NCBI RefSeq assembly: GCF_009914755.1
Contig: NC_060925.1
From: the human T2T-CHM13v2.0 reference genome, Homo sapiens
Length of the DNA stretch: 64,000 nt
Direction: 5' to 3' (one strand)
The position numbers and the translations under genes are program-made. Of the stretch, positions 1 through 12,900 are shown one piece after another (position 1 is the first letter of the stretch; every line of letters begins with the position of its first letter). The notes beneath the pieces were generated by a model. It searched no databases. It had not been told where the DNA came from and worked only from the letters and a program-made list of their open reading frames with translations.

Positions 1-292
1 TCAGTAACTTCCTTGTGTTGTGTGTATTCAACTCACAGAGTTGAACGATCCTTTACACAGAGCAGACTTGAAACACTCTTTTTGTGGAATTTGCAAGTGG
101 AGATTTCAGCCGCTTTGAGGTCAATGGTAGAAAAGGAAATATCTTCGTATAAAGACTAGACAGAATGATTCTCAGAAACTCCTTTGTGATGTGTGCGTTC
201 AACTCACAGAGTTTAACTTTTCTTTTCATAGAGCAGTTAGGAAACACTCTGTTTGTAAAGTCTGCAAGTGGATATTCAGACCTCTTTGAGGC

Positions 293-309
293 CTTCGTTG
301 GAAACGGGA
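293..309 (+). promoter_or_regulatory. CENP-B box (first of a ~340 bp-spaced series running to 63916-63932)
   Basis: CTTCGTTGGAAACGGGA matches the 17 bp CENP-B box with core nTTCGnnnnAnnCGGGn. It recurs in every second monomer (633, 973, 1313...). The X dimer carries CTTCGTTGGAAACGGGT, which keeps the core intact. Confidence 0.97.
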
Positions 310-1354
310 TTTCTTCATATTATGCTAGACAGAATAATTCTCAGTAACTTCCTTGTGTTGTGTGTATTCAACTCACAGAGTTGAACGATCCTTTACAGAG
401 AGCAGACTTGAAACACTCTTTTTGTGGAATTTGCAAGTGGAGATTTCAGCCGCTTTGAGGTCAATGGTAGAATAGGAAATATCTTCCTATAGAAACTAGA
501 CAGAATGATTCTCAGAAACTCCTTTGTGATGTGTGCGTTCAACTCACAGAGTTTAACCTTTCTTTTCATAGAGCAGTTAGGAAACACTCTGTTTGTAAAG
601 TCTGCAAGTGGATATTCAGACCTCTTTGAGGCCTTCGTTGGAAACGGGATTTCTTCATATTCTGCTAGACAGAAGAATTCTCAGTAACTTCCTTGTGTTG
701 TGTGTATTCAACTCACAGAGTTGAACTGTCCTTTACACAGAGCAGACTTGAAACACTCTTTTTCTGGAATTTGCAAGTGGAGATTTCAGCCGCTTTGAGG
801 TCAATGGTAGAAAAGGAAATATCTTCCTATAGAAACTAGACAGAATGATTCTCATAAACTACTTTGTGATGTGTGCGTTCAACTCACAGAGTTTAACCTT
901 TCTTTTCATAGAGCAGTTAGGAAACACTCTGTTTGTAAAGTCTGCAAGTGGATATTCAGACCTCTTTGAGGCCTTCGTTGGAAACGGGATTTCTTCATAT
1001 TCTGCTAGACAGAAGAATTCTCAGTAACTTCCTTGTGTTGTGTGTATTCAACTCACAGAGTTGAACGATCCTTTACACAGAGCATTCTTGAAACACTCTT
1101 TTTGTGGAATTTGCAAGTGGAGATTTCAGCCGCTTTGAGGTCAATAGTAGAAAAGGAAATATCTTCGTAGAAAAACTAGACAGAATGATTCTCAGAAACT
1201 CCTTTGTGATGTGTGTGTTCAACTCACAGAGTTGAACCTTTCTTTTCATAGAGCAGTTAGTAAACACTCTGTTTATAAAGTCTGCAAGTGGATATTCAGA
1301 CCCCTTTGAGGCCTTCGTTGGAAACGGGATTTCTTCATATTATGATAGACAGAA

Positions 1355-2033
1355 GAATTCTCAGTAACTTCCTTGTGTTGTGTGTATTCAACTGACAGAG
1401 TTGAACTTTCATTTAGAGAGAGCAGATTTGAAACACTGTTTTTGTGGAATTTGCAAGTGGAGATTTCAAGCGCTTTGGGGCCAAAGGCAGAAAAGGAAAT
1501 ATCTTCGTATAAAAACTAGACAGAATCATTCTCAGAAACTGCTGCGTGATGTGTGCGTTCAACTCTCAGAGTTTAACTTTTCTTTTCATTCAGCGGTTTG
1601 GAAACACTCTGTTTGTAAAGTCTGCACGTGGATATTTTGACCACTTAGAGGCCTTCGTTGGAAACGGGTTTTTTTCATGTAAGGCTAGACAGAAGAATTC
1701 CCAGTAACTTCCTTGTGTTGTGTGCATTCAACTCACAGAGTTGAACGTTCCCTTAGACAGAGCAGATTTGAAACACTCTATTTGTGCAATTTGCAAGTGT
1801 AGATTTCAAGCGCTTTAAGGTCAACGGCAGAAAAGGAAATATCTTCGTTTCAAAACTAGACAGAATCATTCCCACAAACTGCGTTGTGATGTGTTCGTTC
1901 AACTCACAGAGTTTAACCTTTCTGTTCATAGAGCAGTTAGGAAACACTCTGTTTGTAAAGTCTGTAAGTGGATATTCTGACATCTTGTGGCCTTCGTTGG
2001 AAACGGGATTTCTTCATATTTCGCTAGACAGAA
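1355..2033 (+). repeat. Example of the invariant 4-monomer HOR core (dimer X + dimer Y, 679 bp)
   Basis: Dimer X: TGACAGAGTTGAACTTTCATTTAGAGAG...TTTGGGGCCAAAGG...CTGCTGCGTG...CACGTGGATATTTTGACCAC. Dimer Y (339 bp): GTTCCCTTAGAC...CTATTTGTGCAA...CCCACAAACTGCGTTG...CTGACATCTTGTGG. I count about 34 complete copies; the X ORF starts at 1380, 3079, 5458, 6477 ... 58546. Confidence 0.93.
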
Positions 2034-5000
2034 GAATTCTCAGTAACTTCCTTGTGTTGTGTGTATTCAACTCACAGAGTTGAACGATCCTTTACACAGA
2101 GCAGACTTGAAACACTCTTTTTGTGGAATTTGCAAGTGGAGATTTCAGCCGCTTTGAGGTCAATGGTAGAAAAGGAAATATCTTCGTATAAAGACTAGAC
2201 AGAATGATTCTCAGAAACTCCTTTGTGATGTGTGCGTTCAACTCACAGAGTTTAACTTTTCTTTTCATAGAGCAGTTAGGAAACACTCTGTGTGTAAAGT
2301 CTGCAAGTGGATATTCAGACCTCCTTGAGGCCTTCGTTGGAAACGGGATTTCTCCATATTATGCTAGACAGAATAATTCTCAGTAACTTCCTTGTGTTGT
2401 GTGTATTCAACTCACAGAGTTGAACGATCCTTTACAGAGAGCAGACTTGAAACACTCTTTTTGTGGAATTTGCAAGTGGAGATTTCAGCCGCTTTGAGGT
2501 CAATGGTAGAATAGGAAATATCTTCCTATAGAAACTAGACAGAATGATTCTCAGAAACTCCTTTGTGATGTGTGCGTTCAACTCACAGAGTTTAACCTTT
2601 CTTTTCATAGAGCAGTTAGGAAACACTCTGTTTGTAAAGTCTGCAAGTGGATATTCAGACCTCTTTGAGGCCTTCGTTGGAAACGGGATTTCTTCATATT
2701 CTGCTAGACAGAAGAATTCTCAGTAACTTCCTTGTGTTGTGTGTATTCAACTCACAGAGTTGAACGATCCTTTACACAGAGCAGACTTCAAACACTCTTT
2801 TTGTGGAATTTGCAAGTGGAGATTTCAGCCGCTTTGAGGTCAATTGTAGAAAAGGAAATATCTTCGTAGAAAAACTAGACAGAATGATTCTCAGAAACTC
2901 CTTTGTGATGTGTGTGTTCAACTCACAGAGTTTAACCTTTCTTTTCATAGAGCAGTTAGTAAACACTCTGTTTATAAAGTCTGCAAGTGGATATTCAGAC
3001 CCCTTTGAGGCCTTCGTTGGAAACGGGATTTCTTCATATTATGCTAGACAGAAGAATTCTCAGTAACTTCCTTGTGTTGTGTGTATTCAACTGACAGAGT
3101 TGAACTTTCATTTAGAGAGAGAAGATTTGAAACACTGTTTTTGTGGAATTTGCAAGTGGAGATTTCAAGCGCTTTGGGGCCAAAGGCAGAAAAGGAAATA
3201 TCTTCGTATAAAAACTAGACAGAATCATTCTCAGAAACTGCTGCGTGATGTGTGCGTTCAACTCTCATAGTTTAACTTTTCTTTTCATTCAGCGGTTTGG
3301 AAACACTCTGTTTGTAAAGTCTGCACGTGGACATTTTGACCACTTATAGGCCTTCGTTGGAAACGGGTTTTTTGCATGTAAGGCTAGACAGAAGAATTCC
3401 CAGTAACTTCCTTGTGTTGTGTGTATTCAACTCACAGAGTTGAACGTTCCCTTAGACGGAGCAGATTTGAAACACTCTATTTGTGCAATTTGCAAGTGTA
3501 GATTTCAAGCGCTTTAAGGTCAATGGCAGAAAAGGAAATATCTTCGTTTCAAAACTAGACAGAATCATTCCCACAAACTGCGTTGTGATGTGTTCGTTCA
3601 ACTCACAGAGTTTAACCTTTCTGTTCATAGAGCAGTTAGGAAACACTCTATTTCTAAAGTCTGTAAGTGGATATTCTGACATCTTGTGGCCTTCGTTGGA
3701 AACGGGATTTCTTCATATTCCGCTAGACAGAAGAATTCTCAGTAACTTCCTAGTGTTGTGTGTATTCAGCTCACAGAGTTGAACGATCCTTTACACAGAG
3801 CAGACTTGAAACACTCTTTTTGTGGAATTTGCAAGTGGAGATTTCAGCCGCTTTGAGGTCAATGGTAGAAAAGGAAATATCTTCGTATAAAGACAAGACA
3901 GAATGATTCTCAGAAACTCCTTTGTGATGTGTGCGTTCAACTCACAGAGTTTAACTTTTCTTTTCATAGAGCAGTTAGGAAACACTCTGTTTGTAAAGTC
4001 TGCAAGTGGATATTCAGACCTCTTTGAGGCCTTCGTTGGAAACGGGATTTCTTCATATTATGCTAGACAGAATAATTCTCAGTAACTTCCTTGTGTTGTG
4101 TGTATTCAACTCACAGAGTTGAACTATCCTTTACAGAGAGCAGACTTGAAACACTCTTTTTGTGGAATTTGCAAGTGGAGATTTCAGCCGCTTTGAGGTC
4201 AATGGTAGAATAGGAAATATCTTCCTATAGAAACTAGACAGAATGATTCTCATAAACTCCTTTGTGATGTGTGCGTTTAACTCACAGAGTTTAACCTTTC
4301 TTTTCATAGAGCAGTTAGGAAACACTCTGTTTGTTAAAGTCTGCAAGTGGATATTCAGACCTCTTTGAGGCCTTCGTTGGAAACGGGATTTCTTCATATT
4401 CTGCTAGACAGAAGAATTCTCAGTAACTTCCTTGTGTTGTGTGTATTCAACTCACAGAGTTGAACGATCCTTTACACAGAGCAGACTTGAAACACTCTTT
4501 TTGTGGAATTTGCAAGTGGAGATTTCAGCCGCTTTTAGGTCAATGGTAGAATAGGAAATATCTTCCTATAGAAACTAGACAGAATGATTCTCATAAACTC
4601 CTTTGTGATGTGTGCGTTCAACTCACAGAGTTTAACCTTTCTTTTCATAGAGCAGTTAGGAAACACTCTGTTTGTAAAGTCTGCAAGTGGATATTCAGAC
4701 CTCTTTGAGGCTTCGTTGGAAACGGGATTTCTTCATATTCTGCTAGACAGAAGAATTCTCAGTAACTTCCTTGTGTTGTGTGTATTCAACTCACAGAGTT
4801 GAACGATCCTTTACACAGAGCAGACTTGAAACACTCTTTTTGTGGAATTTGCAAGTGGAGATTTCAGCCGCTTTGAGGTCAATAGTAGAAAAGGAAATAT
4901 CTTCGTAGAAAAACTAGACAGAATGATTCTCAGAAACTCCTTTGTGATGTGTGTGTTCAACTCACAGAGTTTAACCTTTCTTTTCATAGAGCAGTTAGTA

Positions 5001-8000
5001 AACACTCTGTTTATAAAGTCTGCAAGTGGATATTCAGACCCCTTTGAGGCCTTCTTTGGAAACGGGATTTCTTCATATTCTGCTAGACAGAAGAATTCTC
5101 AGTAACTTCCTTTTGTTGTGTGTATTCAACTCACAGAGTTGAAAGATCCTTTACACAGAGCATTCTTGAAACACTCTTTTTGTGGAATTTGCAAGTGGAG
5201 ATTTCAGCCGCTTTGAGGTCAATAGTAGAAAAGGAAATATCTTCGTAGAAAAACTAGACAGAATGATTCTCAGAAACTCCTTTGTGATGTGTGTGTTCAA
5301 CTCACAGAGTTGAACCTTTCTTTTCATAGAGCAGTTAGTAAACACTCTGTTTATAAAGTCTGCAAGTGGATATTCAGATCCCTTTGAGGCCTTCGTTGGA
5401 AACGGGATTTCTTCATATTATGCTAGACAGAAGAATTCTCAGTAACTTCCTTGTGTTGTGTGTATTCAACTGACAGAGTTGAACTTTCATTTAGAGAGAG
5501 CAGATTTGAAACACTGTTTTTGTGGAATTTGCAAGTGGAGATTTCAAGCGCTTTGGGGCCAAAGGCAGAAAAGGAAATATCTTCGTATAAAAACTAGACA
5601 GAATCATTCTCAGAAACTGCTGCGTGATGTGTGCGTTCAACTCTCAGAGTTTAACTTTTCTTTTCATTCAGCGGTTTGGAAACACTCTGTTTGTAAAGTC
5701 TACACGTGGATATTCTGACCACTTAGAGGCCTTCGTTGGAAACGGGTTTTTTGCATGTAAGGCTAGACAGAAGAATTCCCAGTAACTTCCTTGTGTTGTG
5801 TGCATTCAACTCACAGAGTTGAACGTTCCCTTAGACAGAGCAGATTTGAAACACTCTATTTGTGCAATTTGCAAGTGTAGATTTCAAGCGCTTTAAGGTC
5901 AATGGCAGAAAAGGAAATATCTTCGTTTCAAAACTAGACAGAATCATTCCCACAAACTGCGTTGTGATGTGTTCGTTCAACTCACAGAGTTTAACCTTTC
6001 TGTTCATAGAGCAGTTAGGAAACACTCTGTTTGTAAAGTCTGTAAGTGGATATTCTGACATCTTGTGGCCTTCGTTGGAAACGGGATTTCTTCATATTCT
6101 GCTAGACAGAAGAATTCTCAGTAACTTCCTTGTGTTGTGTGTATTCAACTCACAGAGTTGAACGATCCTTTACACAGAGCAGACTTGAAACACTCTTTTT
6201 GTGGAATTTGCAAGTGGAGATTTCAGCCGCTTTGAGGTCAATAGTAGAAAAGGAAATATCTTCGTAGAAAAACTAGACAGAATGATTCTCAGAAACTCCT
6301 TTGTGATGTGTGTGTTCAACACACAGAGTTTAACCTTTCTTTTCATAGAGCAGTTAGTAAACACTCTGTTTATAAAGTCTGCAAGTGGATATTCAGACCC
6401 CTTTGAGGCCTTTGTTGGAAACGGGATTTCTTCATATTATGCTAGACAGAAGAATTCTCAGTAACTTCCTTGTGTTGTGTGTATTCACCTGACAGAGTTG
6501 AACTTTCATTTAGAGAGAGCAGATTTGAAACACTGTTTTTGTGGAATTTGCAAGTGGAGATTTCAAGCGCTTTGGGGCCAAAGGCAGAAAAGGAAATATC
6601 TTCGTATAAAAACTAGACAGAATCATTCTCAGAAACTGCTGCGTGATGTGTGCGTCCAACTCTCAGAGTTTAACTTTTCTTTTCATTCAGCGGTTTGGAA
6701 ACACTCTGTTTGTAAAGTCTGCACGTGGATATTTTGACCACTTAGAGGCCTTCGTTGGAAACGGGTTTTTTTCATGTAAGGCTAGACAGAAGAATTCCCA
6801 GTAACTTCCTTGTGTTGTGTGCATTCAACTCACAGAGTTGAACGTTTCCTTAGACAGAGCAGAATTGAAACACTCTATTTGTGCAATTTGCAAGTGTAGA
6901 TTTCAAGCGCTTTAAGGTCAGTGGCAGAAAAGGAAATATCTTCGTTTCAAAACTAGACAGAATCATTCCCACAAACTGCGTTGTGATGTGTTCGTTCAAC
7001 TCACACAGTTTAACCTTTCTGTTCATAGAGCAGTTAGGAAACACTCTGTTTGTAAAGTCTCTAAGTGGATATTCTGACATCTTGTGGCCTTCGTTGGAAA
7101 CGGGATTTCTTCATATTCTGCTAGACAGAAGAATTCTCAGTAACTTCCTTGTGTTGTGTGTATTCAACTCACACAGTTGAACGATCCTTTACACAGAGCA
7201 GACTTGAAACACTCTTTTTCTGGAATTTGCAAGTGGAGATTTCAGCCGCTTTGAGGTCAATGTTAGATTAGGAAATATCTTCCTATAGAAAATAGACAGA
7301 ATGATTCTCAGAAACTCCTTTGTGATGTGTGCGTTCAACTCACAGAGTTTAACCTTTCTCTTCATAGAGCAGTTAGGAAACACTCTGTGTGTAAAGTCTG
7401 CAAGTGGATATTCAGACCTCCTTGAGGCCTTCGTTGGAAACGGGATTTCTACATCTTCTGCTAGACAGAAGAATTCTCAGTAACTTCGTTGTGTTGTGTG
7501 TATTCAACTCACAGAGTTGAACGATCCTTTACACAGAGCAGACTTGAAACACTCTTTTTGTGGAATTTGCAAGTGGAGATTTCAGCCGTTTTGAGGTCAA
7601 TGGTAGAAAGGAAATATCTTCGTATAAAGACTAGACAGAATGATTCTCAGAAACTCCTTTGTGATGTGTGCGTTCAACTCACAGAGTTTAACCTTTCTTT
7701 TCATAGAGCAGTTAGGAAACACTCTGTTTGTAAAGTCTGCAAGTGGATATTCAGACCTCCTTGAGGCCTTCGTTGGAAACGGGATTTCTTCATATTCTGC
7801 TAGACAGAAGAATTCTCAGTAACTTCCTTGTGTTGTGTGTATTCAACTCACAGAGTTGAACGATCTTTACAGAGAGCAGACTTGAAACACTCTTTTTGTG
7901 GAATTTGCAAGTGGAGATTTCAGCTGCTTTGAGATCAATGGTAGAATAGGAAATATCTTCCTATAGAAACAAGACAGAATGATTCTCAGAAACTCCTTTG

Positions 8001-9972
8001 TGATGTGTGCGTTCAACTCACAGAGTTTAACCATTCTTTTCATAGAGCAGTTAGGAAAAACTCTGTTTGTAAAGTCTGCAAGTGGATATTCAGACCTCCT
8101 TGAGGCCTTCGTTGGAAACGGGGTTTCTTCATATTCTGCTAGACAGGAGAATTCTCAGTAACTTCCTTGTGTTGCGTGTATTCAACTCACAGAGTTGAAC
8201 GATCCTTTACACAGAACAGACTTGAAACACTCTTTTTGTGGAATTTGCAAGTGGAGATTTCAGCCGCTTTGAGGTCAATGGTAGAATAGGAAATATCTTC
8301 CTATAGAAACTAGACAGAATGATTCTGAGAAACTCCTTTGTGATGTGTGCGTTCAACTCACAGAGTTTAACCTTTCTTTTCATAGAGCAGTTAGGAAACA
8401 CTCTGTTTGTAAAGTCTGCAAGTGGATATTCAGACCTCTTTGAGGCCTTCGTTGGAAACGGGATTTCTTCATATTCTGCTAGACAGAAGAATTCTCAGTA
8501 ACTTCCTTGTGTTGTGTGTATTCAACTGACAGAGTTGAACTTTCATTTAGAGAGAGCAGATTTGAAACACTGTTTTTGTGGAATTTGCAAGTGTAGATTT
8601 CAAGCGCTTTGGGGCCAAAGGCAGAAAAGGAAATATCTTCGTATAAAAACTAGACAGAATCATTCTCAGAAACTGCTGCGTGATGTGTGCGTTCAACTCT
8701 CAGAGTTTAAATTTTCTTTTCATTCAGCGGTTTGGAAACACTCTGTTTGTAAAGTCTGCACGTGGATATTTTGACCACTTAGAGGCCTTCGTTGGAAACG
8801 GGTTTTTTGCATGTAAGGCTAGACAGAAGAATTCCCAGTAACTTCCTTGTGTTGTGTGCATTCAACTCACAGAGTTGAAGGTTCCGTTAGACAGAGCAGA
8901 TTTGAAACACTCTATTTGTGCAATTTGCAAGTGTAGATTTCAAGCGCTTTAAGGTCAATGGCAGAAAAGGAAATATCTTCGTTTCAAAACTAGACAGAAT
9001 CATTCCCACAAACTGCGTTGTGATGTGTTCGTTCAACTCACAGAGTTAAACATTTCTGTTCATAGAGCAGTTAGGAAACACTCTGTTTGTAAAGTCTGTA
9101 AGTGGATATGCTGACATCTTGTGGCCTTCGTTGGAAACGGGATTTCTTCATATTATGCTAGACAGAAGAATTCTCAGTAACTTCCTTGTGTTGTGTGTAT
9201 TCAACTCACAGAGTTGAACGATCCTTTACACAGAGCAGACTTGAAACACTCTTTTTGTGGAATTTGCAAGTGGAGATTTCAGCCACTTTGAGGTCAATGT
9301 TAGAATAGGAAATATCTTCCTATAGAAACTAGACAGAATGATTCTCAGAAACTCCTTTGTGATGTGTGCGTTCAACTCACAGAGTTCAACCTTTCTTTTC
9401 ATAGAGCAGTTAGGAAACACTCTGTGTGTAAAGTCTGCAAGTGGATATTCTGACATCTTGTGGCCTTCGTTGGAAACGGGATTTCTTCATATTCTGCTAG
9501 ACAGAAGAATTCTCAGTAACTTCCTTGTGTTGTGTGTATTCAACTCACAGAGTTGAAAGATCCTTTACACAGAGCAGACTTGAAACACTCTTTTTGTGGA
9601 ATTTGCAAGTGGAGATTTCAGCCGCTTTGAGGTCAATGGTAGAAAAGGAAATATCTTCGTATAAAGACTAGACAGAATGATTCTCAGAATCTCCTTTGTG
9701 ATGTGTGCGTTCAACTCACAGAGTTTAACTTTTCTTTTCATAGAGCAGTTAGGAAACACTCTGTTTGTAAAGTCTGCAAGTGGATATTCAGACCTCTTTG
9801 AGGCCTTCGTTGGAAACGGGATTTCTTCATATTATGCTAGACAGAATAATTCTTAGTAACTTCCTTGTGTTGTGTGTATTCAACTCACAGAGTTGAACGA
9901 TCCTTTACAGAGAGCAGACTTGAAACACTCTTTTTGTGGAATTTGCAAGTGGAGATTTCAGCCGCTTTGAGG

Positions 9973-12900
9973 TCAATGGTAGAATAGGAAATATCTTCCT
10001 ATAGAAACTAGACAGAATGATTCTCAGAAACTCCTTTGTGATGTGTGCGTTCAACTCACAGAGTTTATCCTTTCTTTTCATAGAGCAGTTAGGAAACACT
10101 CTGTTTGTAAAGTCTGCAAGTGGATATTCAGACCTCTTTGAGGCCTTCGTTGGAAACGGGATTTCTTCATATTATGCTAGACAGAAGAATTCTCAGTAAC
10201 TTCCTTGTGTTGTGTGTATTCAACTCACAGAGTTGAACGATCCTTTACACAGAGCAGACTTGAAACACTCTTTTTGTGGAATTTGCAAGTGGACATTTCA
10301 GCCGCTTTGAGGTCAATAGTAGAAAAGGAAATATCTTCGAAGAAAAACTAGACAGAATGATTCTCAGAAACTCCTTTGTGATGTGTGTGTTCAACTCACA
10401 GAGTTTAACCTTTCTTTTCATAGAGCAGTTAGTAAACACTCTGTTTATAAAGTCTGCAAGTGGATATTCAGACCCCTTTGAGGCCTTCGTTGGAAACGGG
10501 ATTTCTTCATATTATGCTAGACAGAAGAATTCTCAGTAACTTCCTTGTGTTGTGTGTATTCAACTGACAGAGTTGAACTTTCATTTAGAGAGAGCAGATT
10601 TGAAACACTGTTTTTGTGGAATTTGCAGGTGGAGATTTCAAGCGATTTGGGGCCAAATGCAGAAAAGGAAATATCTTCGTATAAAAACTAGACAGAATCA
10701 TTCTCAGAAACTGCTGCGTGATGTGTGCGTTCAACTCTCAGAGTTTAACTTTTCTTTTCATTCAGCGGTTTGGAAACACTCTGTTTGTAAAGTCTGCACG
10801 TGGATATTTTGACCACTTAGAGGCCTTCGTTGGAAACGGGTTTTTTTCATGTAAGGCTAGACAGAAGAATTCCCAGTAACTTCCTTGTGTTGTGTGCATT
10901 CAACTCACAGAGTTGAACGTTCCCTTAGACAGAGCAGATTTGAAACACTCTATTTGTGCAATTTGCAAGTGTAGATTTCAAGCGCTTTAAGGTCAATGGC
11001 AGAAAAGGAAATATCTTCGTTTCATAACTAGACAGAATCATTCCCACAAACTGCGTTGTGATGTGTTCGTTCAACTCACAGAGTTTAACCTTTCTGTTCA
11101 TAGAGCAGTTAGGAAACACTCTGTTTGTAAAGTCTGTAAGTGGATATTCTGACATCTTGTGGCCTTCGTTGGAAACGGGATTTCTTCATAGTCTGCTAGA
11201 CAGAAGAATTCTCAGTAACTTCCTTGTGTTGTGTGTATTCAACTCACAGAGTTGAACGATCCTTTACACAGAGCAGACTTGAAACACTCTTTTTGTGGAA
11301 TTTGCAAGTGGAGATTTCAGCCGCTTTGAGGTCAATGGTAGAATAGGAAATATCTTCTTATAGAAAATAGACAGAATGATTCTCATAAACTCCTTTGTGA
11401 TGTGTGCGTTCAACTCACAGAGTTTAACTTTTCTTTTCATAGAGCAGTTAGGAAACACTCTGTTTGTAAAGTCTGCAAGTGGATATTCAGACCTCTTTGA
11501 GGCCTTCCTTGGAAACGGGATTTCTTCATATTCTGCTAGACAGAAGAATTCTCAGTAACTTCCTTGTGTTGTGTGTATTCAACTCACAGAGTTGAACGAT
11601 CCTTTACAGAGAGCAGACTTGAAACACTCTTTTTGTGGAATTTGCAAGTGGAGATTTCAGCCGCTTTGAGCTCAATGGTAGAATAGGAAATATCTTCCTA
11701 TAGAAACTAGACAGAATGATTCTCATAAACTCCTTTGTGATGTGTGCATTCAACTCACAGAGTTTCACCTTTCTTTTCATAGAGCAGTTAGAAAAAACTC
11801 TGTTTGTAAAGTCTGCAAGTGGATATTCAGACCTCCTTGAGGCCTTCGTTGGAAACGGGATTTCTTCATATTATGCTAGACAGAACAATTCTCAGTAACT
11901 TCCTTGTGTTGCGTGTATTCAACTCACAGAGTTGAACGATCCTTTACACAGAGCAGACTTGAAACACTCTTTTTGTGGAATTTGCAAGTGGAGATTTCAG
12001 CCGCTTTGAGGTCAATGGTAGAAAAGGAAACTATCTTCGTATAAAGACTAGACAGAATGATTCTCAGAAAATCCTTTGTGATGTGTGCGTTCCACTCACA
12101 GAGTTTAACTTTTCTTTTCATAGAGCAGTTAGGAAACACTCTGTTTGTAAAGTCTGCAAGTGGATATTCAGACCTCTTTGAGGCCTTCGTTGGAAACGGG
12201 ATTTCTTCATATTATGCTAGACAGAAGAATTCTCAGTAACTTCCTTGTGTTGTGTGTATTCAAGTCACAGAGTTGAACGATCCTTTACAGAGAGCAGACT
12301 TGAAACACTCTTTTTGTGGAATTTGCAAGTGGAGATTTCAGCCGCTTTGAGGTCAATGGTAGAATAGGAAATATCTTCCTATAGAAACTAGACAGAATGA
12401 TTCTCAGAAACTCCTTTGTGATGTGTGCGTTCAACTCACAGAGTTTAACCTTTCTTTTCATAGAGCAGTTAGGAAACACTCTGTTTGTAAAGTCTGCAAG
12501 TGGATATTCAGACCTCTTTGAGGCCTTCCCTGGAAAAGGGATTTCTTCATATTATGCTAGACAGAAGAATTCTCAGTAACTTCCTTGTGTTGTGTGTATT
12601 CAACTGACAGAGTTGAACTTTCATTTAGAGAGAGCAGATTTGAAACACTGTTTTTGTGGAATTTGCAAGTGGAGATTTCAAGCGCTTTTGGGCCAAAGGC
12701 AGAAAAGGATATATCTTCGTATAAAAACTAGACAGAATCATTCTCAGAAACTGCTGCGTGATGTGTGCGTTCAACTCTCAGAGTTTAACTTTTCTTTTCA
12801 TTCAGCGGTTTGGAAACACTCTGTTTGTAAAGTCTGCACGTGGATATTTTGACCACTTAGAGGCCTTCGTTGGAAACGGGTTTTTTTCATGTAAGGCTAG

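Noticed and set aside
1625-1630. CACGTG E-box palindrome once per X dimer (also AGCGCT, GAATTC, AGGCCT palindromes)
   Set aside because: Six-base motifs multiplied by the repeat itself; the sequence alone gives no evidence of function.
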